Shown: positions 9,305 to 19,205 of the stretch, piece after piece
Numbering within the stretch: the first letter of the stretch is position 1
Layout: each line of letters begins with the position of its first letter
Origin: a virus
Lineage: Duplodnaviria > Caudoviricetes
IMG/VR virus record: IMGVR_UViG_3300021185_001079
Span: 1 to 56,383 of that record
Length of the DNA stretch: 56,383 nt
Reading direction: 5' to 3' (one strand)
Program-made: the position numbers and the translations under genes
Notes under the pieces: generated by a model
Told to the model about the DNA's origin: nothing
What the model saw: the letters and a program-made list of their open reading frames with translations, nothing else
Database searches by the model: none

Positions 9305-11326
9305 ATGAAAGATCTAAACACAATAGGCGAAGAATTATTCGACAAGCTACGAGGCCGATTCCAGAGCGTCACTATAGGCGGCGAGGACGGAAAGGTTACT
9401 AATATACCAACTGAAGCAAGGTTCTTTGATTTTGAATATACTGCTAATGGATCACCCTTAGGCAACATCAGTGTTTCAATATCTGAGGACGAAGGGTTAA
9501 CTGTTATATATTCTAAAGATATTGTTGCAACAGTAGAAGAAGAAAATGTAAAATCAGATTGGTTTGACTTTTTAAAAGAACTTAGAAGATTTAGTAAGAA
9601 AAGGTTGATGGACTTTGATATAAGAGATATTACAAAGTCAAATTTAACAAAAAGAGATTATAAATTTTTAGCGAACAAGCGTTTCGGAGACGGTAATATG
9701 AACGAATCAAAATTATATGGTACAGCACGTACAAGCTATCAAAAAGTTGGCGAAGCACGTATTATGATTAAGCATACAGAAAATGTAAACTTAGAAGTAG
9801 CTAACCCGCGTACAAAAAAGATATCAAATATCTATATTGAAAGCGCACAAGGCGAAAGATTCAAGTATCCATTCAAGCACCTAAGTGGCGCAAGAGCAAT
9901 GGCTCGTCATGTAGCAGAAGGCGGCAACTTGTATGATGACTTTGGTTCGCACATCATTGGACTATCAGAAGAGATGGCAAAACTACGCAAGTTTAAATCA
10001 TATATGGGTCGTTCAGCAGTAATGGCTGAAAGCCTAAGCGAGTATGTTGATGTTGTTAAAGATCGTATCAATACAGTAAGAAAAACAATTACTGCATTAC
10101 AAAAACCAAAGTTTTATGCAGAGGCATTTGCTGCATACGAAACACCTATCATGGAAGAAGTACCGGCAGACGTTGCAGAGAATTGGACTGATCAACTTAC
10201 TATTAAACAGTTTAATGAAGAACTAGCAGATGTATTTCCATACATTTATAAACTAGTAAGTGAAGCTACTAAAGCACAAGAACTAGGACTAGAGGACTTA
10301 GTAGATGAATCAGCACTTATGGCTTATGCAGGTGAAAAGAAGCACGGCAAAGAATATATGAAGAAAGCAGCAGCCGCAGGACGTGACGGCGCTTCGCAAG
10401 AAGAACTAGGCGCACTAAAAGACAAGTATAGCAAAGCAGAAAAAAATAAAAAAACTAAAGAAGAAATTGCTGTAGAGCAAGGCTTTGAAGAAATGATGGG
10501 ACAGTTTGCTGAAAGCCCGCAAGGACAAGCAGATGGTGAAATGAAAAGAGATAACGCAGCGTCTTTAAGCAGAGGCGAAGTTAAGGCTCAAAGAAAATCA
10601 ACTCGTGCAAAGCAGCGTGTAGCAAATAAAAAAGCAGCAAAAGTAGACGAAGCATATATTAACAATGCAAAAGATGCTGTAGACGCATTAGGTCAACTTC
10701 GCAGTAAAGGTAAACAAATTGAACGCGGTGACGGCACATACGAAGGCAACTTAGCAAATGAGTATGTAAACGATGTATGGGATGTATATACATGGCTACA
10801 GAATAAAACTCAAGATTTTCAAGGAATGGACAAGAACGCCAAAGCTACAATCGACGCAATGATGAAATTACGTAGCGAAGCAAAGAAACTTGAAACAGAA
10901 GCAGGCTCGGGATCAAATGGACGCTTTGGTAATGCAATCGTTAATACATTATATCCAGTAATGGAACTTATTAATAGTATGAAGCTCGAAGACGACGACA
11001 CAATGGACGTTAAAATCGATCCTAAAACAGGCACAATGGCAAAGGCAGATGCGCCTGAAGAAAAGAAAGAAAAGACACAAACTCCAATAAGTGAATTTAT
11101 CCTAAGTTATTTCGATAAAGAAACAGGTCAATTTCCAAAAGGAGAAACTGCTGTACTTACTATGATCGAAAAGGATTATGGCGAGCAGTTTATTGATCCT
11201 GCTAAATCGTTTATTGAAAAGGTTACTGCTAGGTTTGAAGAGCATCAGATGCGCACACAACCGCAGCAGATGGAAACGGACGATGAAGAGTTTGATCGAG
11301 TACGTCAACTAGCTGGACTAAGATAA
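9305..11326 (+). CDS. Large late protein of unknown function, probably virion-internal
   Basis: Long ORF; start after TAAATA-N4; several xxES/xxEA sites resembling gp21 cleavage motifs. Confidence 0.6.
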   Translation: MKDLNTIGEELFDKLRGRFQSVTIGGEDGKVTNIPTEARFFDFEYTANGSPLGNISVSISEDEGLTVIYSKDIVATVEEENVKSDWFDFLKELRRFSKKRLMDFDIRDITKSNLTKRDYKFLANKRFGDGNMNESKLYGTARTSYQKVGEARIMIKHTENVNLEVANPRTKKISNIYIESAQGERFKYPFKHLSGARAMARHVAEGGNLYDDFGSHIIGLSEEMAKLRKFKSYMGRSAVMAESLSEYVDVVKDRINTVRKTITALQKPKFYAEAFAAYETPIMEEVPADVAENWTDQLTIKQFNEELADVFPYIYKLVSEATKAQELGLEDLVDESALMAYAGEKKHGKEYMKKAAAAGRDGASQEELGALKDKYSKAEKNKKTKEEIAVEQGFEEMMGQFAESPQGQADGEMKRDNAASLSRGEVKAQRKSTRAKQRVANKKAAKVDEAYINNAKDAVDALGQLRSKGKQIERGDGTYEGNLANEYVNDVWDVYTWLQNKTQDFQGMDKNAKATIDAMMKLRSEAKKLETEAGSGSNGRFGNAIVNTLYPVMELINSMKLEDDDTMDVKIDPKTGTMAKADAPEEKKEKTQTPISEFILSYFDKETGQFPKGETAVLTMIEKDYGEQFIDPAKSFIEKVTARFEEHQMRTQPQQMETDDEEFDRVRQLAGLR

Positions 11327-11350
11327 ATCCAATAATAAAGCATTTTATGC

Positions 11351-11379
11351 TTGACAAGATAAATAACATCGTGTAGTAT
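11351..11379 (+). promoter_or_regulatory. Sigma70 promoter with nested late TAAATA
   Basis: TTGACA-N17-TAGTAT with TAAATA in the spacer, upstream of SSB. Confidence 0.7.
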
Positions 11380-11448
11380 GTAATAGTGCTGCACATTTAG
11401 GCACACGACTTAAACAACGACATAGGCAACATATTAGGAGGCACAACT

Positions 11449-12459
11449 ATGGCATCATTAGCAGAAATCCGAGCGAAGCTCAAAGAACAAGAAACACGTT
11501 CAACAGGTGGTTCACAAAGCGGCGGCGATAACGCAATTTACCCATTTTGGAATATTAAAGAAGGCGAGAGTACAACTTTCCGTTTCCTTCCTGATGGAGA
11601 TGCAGACAACACTTTCTTTTGGAAAGAGCGTTTGATGATCAAACTACCATTCCAAGGTATTAAAGGTGAAACAGACTCACGTCCAGTACAAGTACAAGTT
11701 CCGTGCATGGAAATGTATGGCGACGGATGCAACATTCTACAAGAAGTACGTGGTTGGTTTAAAGACCCTGCTCTTGAAGATATGGGTCGTAAATACTGGA
11801 AGAAGCGTTCTTATATCTTCCAAGGTTTTGTAACGGACAATCCGCTAACAGACGACACTACTCCTGAGAATCCAATTAGACGTTTTATTATTGGTCCTCA
11901 AATCTTTCAAATTATTAAGCAGGCTCTTATGGATCCTGACATGGAAGAACTACCAACAGATTATACTGCTGGTGTAGACTTCCGTCTTAACAAAACATCA
12001 AAAGGTGGTTATGCAGACTATGGCACAAGCACATGGGCACGTAGAGAGCGTCCATTAGGCGATGCTGAAATGAATGCAGTAAATACACACGGCTTGTTTA
12101 ACATGAGCGACTTTTTGCCTAAGAAACCAGGCGAAGTAGAAGTTAAGGTAATGTCAGAGATGTTTGAAGCATCTGTAGATGGCGAAGCATATGATGCAGA
12201 ACGTTGGAGTCAATACTTCCGTCCTGCAGGTATGCAAGCACGTACAGGTGATCCAATGAAAGCAGCATCACCACAAGCAACTGCTACAAGTCAAAGTGCA
12301 CCGGCTCCTGCTCCAGCAGCAGACCCGCGCAACGATGACATTCCTTTTAAGTCAACTGAAGAAGCAGCAGCAACAGAAGCAGCAGCACCAGCAGCAGCCG
12401 CTGAACCTGCAGGCGGAGCACAGGACATTCTTGCAATGATCCGCGCTCGTCAAGGTTAA
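11449..12459 (+). CDS. Single-stranded DNA-binding protein (T4 gp32-like)
   Basis: RFLPD, YWKKRSY and GGYADY motifs; Ala-rich tail; AGGAGG RBS; precedes uvsX. Confidence 0.85.
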   Translation: MASLAEIRAKLKEQETRSTGGSQSGGDNAIYPFWNIKEGESTTFRFLPDGDADNTFFWKERLMIKLPFQGIKGETDSRPVQVQVPCMEMYGDGCNILQEVRGWFKDPALEDMGRKYWKKRSYIFQGFVTDNPLTDDTTPENPIRRFIIGPQIFQIIKQALMDPDMEELPTDYTAGVDFRLNKTSKGGYADYGTSTWARRERPLGDAEMNAVNTHGLFNMSDFLPKKPGEVEVKVMSEMFEASVDGEAYDAERWSQYFRPAGMQARTGDPMKAASPQATATSQSAPAPAPAADPRNDDIPFKSTEEAAATEAAAPAAAAEPAGGAQDILAMIRARQG

Positions 12460-12470
12460 TACGACTATAT

Positions 12471-12486
12471 GGCCCCTACGGGGGCC
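12471..12486 (+). other. GC hairpin between SSB and uvsX
   Basis: GGCCCC-tacg-GGGGCC with UNCG-type loop and no U tract. Confidence 0.5.
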
Positions 12487-12513
12487 AATCATCTAGCTTA
12501 ATAAGGAGTAACT

Positions 12514-13584
12514 ATGGCTAAATCATTTGATGTTAGTAAGTTCCGCAAGGACTTAACAAAAAGTATTTCAGGTATGAGCACAGGGTTTAATGATCCAACT
12601 GATTGGATTAGCACAGGTTCATACGCACTAAACTATCTTATTAGTGGCGACTTTCATAGAGGCGTTCCGCTAGGTAAGGTAACGGTGTTTGCAGGAGAAT
12701 CAGGCGCAGGAAAAAGTTATTTCTGCTCAGGTAACATTGTAAAACACGCACAAGATCAAGGTATTTTTGTAGTATTAATTGACTCAGAAAATGCACTTGA
12801 TGAAAGTTGGCTACATGCTCTAGACGTTGACACTAGTGAAGATAAACTTCTTAAACTAAACATGTCAATGATTGACGATGTAGCAAAGACTATCTCAACA
12901 TTTATTACAGATTTTAAAGCAATGGACGAAGAAGACCGTCCTAAAGTATTATTTGTAATTGATTCGTTGGGTATGTTACTAACTCCTACTGATGTTGATC
13001 AGTTTAACAAAGGTGACATGAAAGGTGATATGGGTCGTAAGCCTAAAGCACTAACTTCATTAGTCCGTAATACTGTTAACATGATTGGCTCTCTTAATGT
13101 AGGATTAGTATGTACTAATCATACTTATGCATCACAGGACATGTTTGATCCAGATGATAAGATTAGTGGCGGTAGTGGATTTATCTATGCATCAAGTATT
13201 GTTGTTGCAATGAAGAAAATGAAACTAAAAGAAGACGAAGCAGGTAATAAGATCTCAGAAGTTATGGGTATTAGAGCTGGTTGTAAGGTAATGAAGACAC
13301 GTTATGCAAAACCTTTCGAAGGTGTGCAAGTTAAAATTCCTTACGAAACTGGCATGAATCCGTATAGCGGTCTAGTTGAATTGTTTGAAAAGAAAGGCTT
13401 GCTTGTTAAGCAAGGCAATCGTCTAAAATATATTGATGTAAATGGTGAAGAACATCTTGATTATCGTAAGCAATGGATTGGTCCAAAGTTAGATATGGTA
13501 ATGAATCAGTATGAAGAAAAAATTGCTCCTGTGGTAAATAATGACACAGTAGAGACAGCTGATGAAGAGGCTGTTGAAGAATGA
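12514..13584 (+). CDS. uvsX: RecA-like recombinase
   Basis: WISTGSYALN, AGESGAGKS, IDSENA, VIDSLG and TNHTY motifs. Confidence 0.95.
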   Translation: MAKSFDVSKFRKDLTKSISGMSTGFNDPTDWISTGSYALNYLISGDFHRGVPLGKVTVFAGESGAGKSYFCSGNIVKHAQDQGIFVVLIDSENALDESWLHALDVDTSEDKLLKLNMSMIDDVAKTISTFITDFKAMDEEDRPKVLFVIDSLGMLLTPTDVDQFNKGDMKGDMGRKPKALTSLVRNTVNMIGSLNVGLVCTNHTYASQDMFDPDDKISGGSGFIYASSIVVAMKKMKLKEDEAGNKISEVMGIRAGCKVMKTRYAKPFEGVQVKIPYETGMNPYSGLVELFEKKGLLVKQGNRLKYIDVNGEEHLDYRKQWIGPKLDMVMNQYEEKIAPVVNNDTVETADEEAVEE

Positions 13585-13829
13585 GGAGCAAAACAGTGAA
13601 TGAGGAACAAATATCAGATATTTGGTCTTTGTTTAAAGAGTATTTAGACAAAAAACAAATCGAGCTAGTCGCTGAGAAGTATGTAGATCTTCTTGCCGAC
13701 TATGGTGTAGAAGATATTACACTAAAAGATTGCCTAGGAGTAGATTCAAATCTAGACACTGCAATTGGTTACTATTTAGAAATAGATGCCGATGCATATG
13801 TTGATGATGAAATTGAATGGGACGAGTAA
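13581..13829 (+). CDS. Hypothetical acidic protein
   Basis: ORF between uvsX and uvsY; true start may be the GTG near 13597 after GAGGAG. Confidence 0.65.
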   Translation: MRSKTVNEEQISDIWSLFKEYLDKKQIELVAEKYVDLLADYGVEDITLKDCLGVDSNLDTAIGYYLEIDADAYVDDEIEWDE

Positions 13830-14285
13830 ATGGGCTGGTATAGTAATGTAAGCAGGGATATTAATCAAATCCCTGCTGCTATCCAATACTTCGAGACTGA
13901 ACTTGTAGATGCAAAATTAGAAGTAAAACTAAAGGGTAATGTTGAACGTGCTGCGTCTGAGATGCCCGGTATAGTTGAACACCGATTTAATCAGCTACAA
14001 GAACTAGAAGCAATTCTAAACTATTTAAATATTGAGCTTCGTAGATTACGTAGTTCTTTCTTTAAACAATATCTCGAAAGCTATCAACGAGCTCTGTCAA
14101 GCCGTGACGTAGAAAAATATGTAGACGGTGAGGCAGACGTTGTTGACTATGAAAAGATTATTAACGAGTTTGCGCTAATGCGTAACAAGTGGTTAGGCGT
14201 ATTAAAAGCACTTGATCAAAAACAATGGCAGATAACAAATGTAGTTAAGCTGCGTGTAGCAGGAATGGAAGACGCATCTCTTTAA
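13830..14285 (+). CDS. uvsY: Recombination mediator UvsY-like
   Basis: Helical protein with DVEKYVDGE and KQWQITNVVKLR C-terminal pattern; position after uvsX. Confidence 0.7.
   Translation: MGWYSNVSRDINQIPAAIQYFETELVDAKLEVKLKGNVERAASEMPGIVEHRFNQLQELEAILNYLNIELRRLRSSFFKQYLESYQRALSSRDVEKYVDGEADVVDYEKIINEFALMRNKWLGVLKALDQKQWQITNVVKLRVAGMEDASL
14255..14281 (+). repeat. 27-bp direct repeat, copy 1 (3' end of uvsY)
   Basis: TGTAGCAGGAATGGAAGACGCATCTCT; 25/27 identical to 15637-15663. Confidence 0.85.
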
Positions 14286-14309
14286 TATAAATATATTAAG
14301 AGGTGCGTT

Positions 14310-15605
14310 ATGCTTGTAAATAATCTAGGTATCATTTGGCCTAATAAAAATATATTAACATCCAACGTGTTAAATAGGCTCAAACAACTATCTAATGTTA
14401 CTTACGAGTGCGAGTTAAAATTAGAAAATTTAAGCCAGTTAATTTTTGATGTGTATTCTTTTGACAAGGGGTTAAAAGTCTTTAAGGCAGAAAACATTCT
14501 TGCTAAATTAGAAAGATTAAAAGCACAAGGGCATACCAAAGTAACTTTTGTTGAATTTAACAATGAAACTTTTAAAGATACTGTAAAATCTAGAAATCAA
14601 ATACGGGAAGAATTTAATGCAATGACAAGTAGTCCTGCATTTGATATCTTTCATTGTGCATCTAATATAAATGAATATAATCATTTATATAACATTATTT
14701 TTAGCAAAGCAACATTACAGAGCTACAGTATTCGGCCTCAAATGACTAGTAACCTTATTTCTAGACTGACAGATTTAAAAAAATGGGCTAGAGACACAAA
14801 TACTCCTCTTTCGGATATTTGTGTCGTTGGCGGCGCAGTTTTAGATTTGTACGGGTATAAATTGTGTGATGATATTGATATTGTAATAAAACAATCAATA
14901 CGAGATGAACGAAATTACGGTTCCAGCCCGAAGCTTTTAACAGATGGCATAGACATTGTTAAAAGTAATTATTCTCGAAAAAAGAAAATTGGTAAATGGT
15001 TTACCGATGACGAATTAATTTATAAACCTAACCTTTTTGTACAAGCATGTGGTATAAAGTTTGCTAGTTTAACGATTGTTAATTTTAGGAAACAATATAG
15101 TGCTAGACCTAAAGATTTAGCAGATATAGAAAAAATTCAATTTAATATGCAGCTCTCCAACGTACATAAAATAGATCCAATAGACTTATTGTTTGACGAT
15201 AGACTAGATATAATTTGTAAATATATGTTTTTTAAAGATTTACAAAATAGCACTCAAGATTCTAAAATTGAAGATATGTATAGAGATCACATATTCCGCA
15301 GGACTAAGGGCAAAGGTGATAATAAAAATTCTATTGATGATTATGTAAGTGCTGCTAAGAGTTTATTTGACTCTATGAAAACAAATGGATTTAACTCATT
15401 GTATCCGGTGCCATATACATCTAAAGGGATTCAGAATGGCGCTCATAGAATTGCTTGTGCGTTAGCACTTGGAATTAAGCAAATTGATGCAGTACAAATA
15501 ACGCATAATGCTAAACACTTACCGTGGAGTGAAAGTTTTTTTAATGCTAAGGATATTCGTTATTTAAATGAAGCTAAAATAAAATTAAAAACGGTTCAGA
15601 CCTAA
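14310..15605 (+). CDS. Multidomain protein: nucleotidyltransferase-like plus ParB/Srx-like C-terminus
   Basis: VVGGAV...DDIDIV (Pol beta-type NTase motif); C-terminal NGAHRIACA. Confidence 0.55.
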   Translation: MLVNNLGIIWPNKNILTSNVLNRLKQLSNVTYECELKLENLSQLIFDVYSFDKGLKVFKAENILAKLERLKAQGHTKVTFVEFNNETFKDTVKSRNQIREEFNAMTSSPAFDIFHCASNINEYNHLYNIIFSKATLQSYSIRPQMTSNLISRLTDLKKWARDTNTPLSDICVVGGAVLDLYGYKLCDDIDIVIKQSIRDERNYGSSPKLLTDGIDIVKSNYSRKKKIGKWFTDDELIYKPNLFVQACGIKFASLTIVNFRKQYSARPKDLADIEKIQFNMQLSNVHKIDPIDLLFDDRLDIICKYMFFKDLQNSTQDSKIEDMYRDHIFRRTKGKGDNKNSIDDYVSAAKSLFDSMKTNGFNSLYPVPYTSKGIQNGAHRIACALALGIKQIDAVQITHNAKHLPWSESFFNAKDIRYLNEAKIKLKTVQT

Positions 15606-15636
15606 GTATTTTAAATTAAAAAAGTACTAATTACTA

Positions 15637-15663
15637 TGTAGCAGGAATGGAAGACACATCACT
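15637..15663 (+). repeat. 27-bp direct repeat, copy 2
   Basis: TGTAGCAGGAATGGAAGACACATCACT, immediately before ATG 15664. Confidence 0.85.
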
Positions 15664-16257
15664 ATGATATTTAATTTTGATAGGAATACATTAATTAAAC
15701 TCTTACCAGAAGGTATATGTGCCGAGATTGGTGTAGCTAAAGCAAAGTTTAGCATGTACATTCATGCAAATACAACCCCAAAAATGTTTTATCTTATTGA
15801 CGCATGGAAAAACTTTGATTTGGGATACAACGACAGTAATATGGTTACACAAGCTGAGCATAATCGACGCTATTCTAATGCAATAAGAAATTTAGGATAT
15901 CATGATAATATTGATATAGTTCGTGCGTTAAGTGTAGAAGGCGCTAGTAAGTTTTCAGACAATACGTTTGATTGGGTGTATATTGATGCTGATCATAGCT
16001 ATAACGGCTGCAAAGATGATTTAAATGCATATAAAGACAAAGTAAAAGAAGACGGCTATATATGTGGACATGATTATTTAAGAGAAGGCTTTGAACTACC
16101 AGGGTACGGAACTAACCAAGCAGTAGACGACTTTGTGTCTGAAAACAATTACTTCTTAACTATTCTTACTAATGAAAAAAAGCATAAGTCATATGCTATT
16201 AGTAAAAATAAAGAAAGCCATGAACGACTGTTAGTAAAAGCAAATCAAACCCAATAA
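15664..16257 (+). CDS. Class I SAM-dependent methyltransferase (Methyltransf_24-like)
   Basis: AEIGV, LIDAW, DWVYIDADHSY and GYICGHDY. Confidence 0.85.
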   Translation: MIFNFDRNTLIKLLPEGICAEIGVAKAKFSMYIHANTTPKMFYLIDAWKNFDLGYNDSNMVTQAEHNRRYSNAIRNLGYHDNIDIVRALSVEGASKFSDNTFDWVYIDADHSYNGCKDDLNAYKDKVKEDGYICGHDYLREGFELPGYGTNQAVDDFVSENNYFLTILTNEKKHKSYAISKNKESHERLLVKANQTQ

Positions 16258-17030
16258 GGACTTGAGCCTATAATATCCATTACTTCTTTAGGATAATCAA
16301 AGTCAACTTTACGTGTCCTACATTTGTGATTAATTGCAATTTCTGTCTTTAGTTCTTTAAAGTTATTAATTGTTTTGTCAGCATCCCAGTGCTTAGTCTC
16401 TACACAACTTTTAACTTTGTTACGAATTCGATCGTCAGTGCCAACCCAAGACCAATGCCATCCTGCTGTTTCTGGATAATGCACTGCATGACTTCTATCT
16501 TTGCGTTTGTGATTTTTTCCTCTATAAAGCCTTTGCGGATTTTCAAACATACGCTTACGTGCAACCATAGAACCTTTCCAGCCTCTATATGCTTGTAAGT
16601 TAAAAGCATAAAAGAACATATGCATTTTACATGCTACAGGTTTATCTTTATCATCCATAAGCTTTATAATATCAGGAACAAGACCTGGGTCTAAGTTTTC
16701 ATCTAAGTCAGAATGTATAATAATATCTTCAGTATCAAGTCTGTCAATACCTTGCTGCAAAGACATACGGCTAAAGTTTTCAATTATCCAGTGCTTTGGC
16801 ACATTAGGTAACGTAACAGACCTTGGTATGTCAAGTGATATAACTTCTATTCTATCACCATATTTTGAATATCGATCTATGTTTTCTTTTAAGTTAAATG
16901 TCTTAGGCTTCCAGCTCCACGTTTTGTTGCCTTCTAAAATGATCCATTTATCAACATACTTTTCAGTAAGAGCTAATCGAATGTCGAGCATTTCGAATTC
17001 GTCATTAAATAAAAATGTATCTACAATCAT
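16245..17030 (-). CDS. Glycosyltransferase family 17-like
   Basis: DTFLFNDEFEMLDIRL, VDKWIILE, IHSDLDE and AGWHWSW. Confidence 0.8.
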   Translation of the reverse strand: MIVDTFLFNDEFEMLDIRLALTEKYVDKWIILEGNKTWSWKPKTFNLKENIDRYSKYGDRIEVISLDIPRSVTLPNVPKHWIIENFSRMSLQQGIDRLDTEDIIIHSDLDENLDPGLVPDIIKLMDDKDKPVACKMHMFFYAFNLQAYRGWKGSMVARKRMFENPQRLYRGKNHKRKDRSHAVHYPETAGWHWSWVGTDDRIRNKVKSCVETKHWDADKTINNFKELKTEIAINHKCRTRKVDFDYPKEVMDIIGSSPYWV

Positions 17031-17031
17031 T

Positions 17032-17661
17032 TTAAAACCTATATATTATTTGATACTTATCCCATAGAGGAAAAATATCTTTAGCAGCAAGATAGTCGTA
17101 TATTGCTCTACCTTTTCCAGTTCTAGTACCGTCTGCTTTAAATGCGTTGTCGTCTATACCTACAATGCAATCTTTTAAGTAAGGTTCGATTGCCTTGAAT
17201 TCATTTAAATGATGTTCAGCACTCGGAGTGTCGTCCATCCATTTTACATCGTAACTATCTAAATAAAACAAATCAACATTAGACAAATCGTCTAACGATT
17301 CTAACCAAGCTACGCTATCACTCTGATACGCTTTAAAATAATTGTTATCAATAAACTCGTTAGCGGCGTTTACTGCATTCTTTTTTAAATCTACAGATCT
17401 TACAAAGCCGCCTTGCATTTTTACAAGTTCGGCAAATATCATTCCGCTATTGCCATCTTTCCAGTTATTAGGTTTACGCACAGTGCCAGTTTCAATAATT
17501 TGTAATTCGCTATTAGTCAAGTTTAATAGCTCAGTAAACAAAAATTCAAATCCCTCAGACCGGTCATATAAATCAGATTTTAAACCTCGTTTAGATCCGC
17601 TTGCAATAACTCTTAAATGTTTTTTATAGTGAGTATTATAGTGTTTAATCCATTTGTGCAT
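17032..17661 (-). CDS. SAM-dependent methyltransferase-like
   Basis: IIETGT, SVD, DSVAWL, DLFYLDSYD, IDD and GKG. Confidence 0.75.
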   Translation of the reverse strand: MHKWIKHYNTHYKKHLRVIASGSKRGLKSDLYDRSEGFEFLFTELLNLTNSELQIIETGTVRKPNNWKDGNSGMIFAELVKMQGGFVRSVDLKKNAVNAANEFIDNNYFKAYQSDSVAWLESLDDLSNVDLFYLDSYDVKWMDDTPSAEHHLNEFKAIEPYLKDCIVGIDDNAFKADGTRTGKGRAIYDYLAAKDIFPLWDKYQIIYRF

Positions 17662-17705
17662 AAATTATTTATTTAGGTAAATATTTAAACAACACGGAAT
17701 AGAAT

Positions 17706-18392
17706 ATGATTATTATATCAGGATCAAATGGTAACAAGTATAATGCTGATGTAAATCACAAAAATTATGCAAAGCAACATAACATTGAATATCATTATTT
17801 TACTGATATCGATTACAAACAAGGTGTAATGCAACATCCAGGATATTTAAAAACTTACGCAATAAGACAAGCACTCGAATCTCATGATAGAGTTATGTGG
17901 ATTGACGATGATGCATTTTTTATAGATTTTAATTGGGATTGTAGAACAGTCTTTGACCAATATACAAAACCTTGGATTGTTAGTCAAAGTCATCCTGTAA
18001 AGGCTAGACAAGCAATTTTAAATAGTGGTATTATGTTTTATCGAAAAAATTTAGAAATTATTAATATGCTTTCTGAAATTCCTAATATTACTGATAAAGA
18101 AAAGTTAAATTCTTGGCAAGAAGAATGGGGAACTACTAAAGGTAACGATCAGCCTCGCTATATACTTATGAGTCAAACAAAGTATAAAGACTGTGTAGAC
18201 ATTGTTCCTTATAATCAAAATGGCTGGAATAAAAGACGTGAATTGTGTATGCGATCACATCAACAAATTGTTCACTTTGCAGGAACAAACAAAGAAAGCC
18301 GAATGAGAGATTTTGAACGTAGAGTAAAAATAGATCTAAATCATAGCGAAATAACTTATAATATCAAAAAAAATAAGTACACTAGTCGATAA
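17706..18392 (+). CDS. Glycosyltransferase family 34-like
   Basis: NHKNYAKQH, MWIDDDA, LNSGI, NDQ and VHFAG. Confidence 0.75.
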   Translation: MIIISGSNGNKYNADVNHKNYAKQHNIEYHYFTDIDYKQGVMQHPGYLKTYAIRQALESHDRVMWIDDDAFFIDFNWDCRTVFDQYTKPWIVSQSHPVKARQAILNSGIMFYRKNLEIINMLSEIPNITDKEKLNSWQEEWGTTKGNDQPRYILMSQTKYKDCVDIVPYNQNGWNKRRELCMRSHQQIVHFAGTNKESRMRDFERRVKIDLNHSEITYNIKKNKYTSR

Positions 18393-18406
18393 TAGATAAT
18401 TACAAT

Positions 18407-19183
18407 ATGAGTCCTAATTTTGATCACTTGTATTATTTCAATAATCCCCATAATGTTTTAAGAAATATGATGCCTTCTATGGAAAAGGCATGCACACTAA
18501 CAGAAACTTCTGAGGTAAACTTAGATCACACATACTTTGTAGTAGGTCCATGGAAGTACAATGAAGAACGACAAGCTGTATTTAACAGTCATTATTTGCA
18601 TGTAGACAATGGATATTTTTTTAAAACTAAAGCAGCAAGCATGTTTAGGCTAACGTATAGAGGATTACAAGAATCTAAAATATTTGATTGTGATAATAAA
18701 AGATTAGATACTTGCAATTTCAAAATTAAAAAATGGAATAACAACGGTGACTACATTTTAATTGTTGCACCAGATGTGTGGCCACCGAGATATTATGATG
18801 GATTAAAAACTGATATAGAATGGATTATAAACGTAAAACACGAATTGCGTAAGTATACAGATAGAAAAATATTTTATAGATTAAAAGAATCTCGTAAAGA
18901 CAGGGGTGACGATAAATTAGATCGATATTTAGATAATGCATGGGCAGTAGTAACATCTCAAAGTTTAGCATCTATCGAGAGTATTTGTTCAGGTGTTCCT
19001 GTGTTTAACTTAGCACCGAGTTGTTGTGATAATGTTGCATTACAAGATTTGTCAAAAATAGAACACCCGTATAGACCTGATAACAGACAAGAATGGTTAG
19101 CTAGTCTAAGTTACGGACAGTTTAGTAGAGACGAAATATCAAGCGGATTTGCTCGTGAAATTTTAAAGGATCGATACTTATGA
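18407..19183 (+). CDS. KpsS/KpsC-like GT-B glycosyltransferase, paralog 1
   Basis: VDNGYF, RKYTDRKI, AWAVVTSQS, GVPVF and WLASLSYGQF shared with four paralogs. Confidence 0.55.
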   Translation: MSPNFDHLYYFNNPHNVLRNMMPSMEKACTLTETSEVNLDHTYFVVGPWKYNEERQAVFNSHYLHVDNGYFFKTKAASMFRLTYRGLQESKIFDCDNKRLDTCNFKIKKWNNNGDYILIVAPDVWPPRYYDGLKTDIEWIINVKHELRKYTDRKIFYRLKESRKDRGDDKLDRYLDNAWAVVTSQSLASIESICSGVPVFNLAPSCCDNVALQDLSKIEHPYRPDNRQEWLASLSYGQFSRDEISSGFAREILKDRYL

Positions 19184-19205
19184 AGAACAAAAAAGAACAA
19201 TTATA

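Noticed and set aside
7714-13584. Introns or inteins in terL or uvsX
   Set aside because: Both have normal length and continuous motifs.
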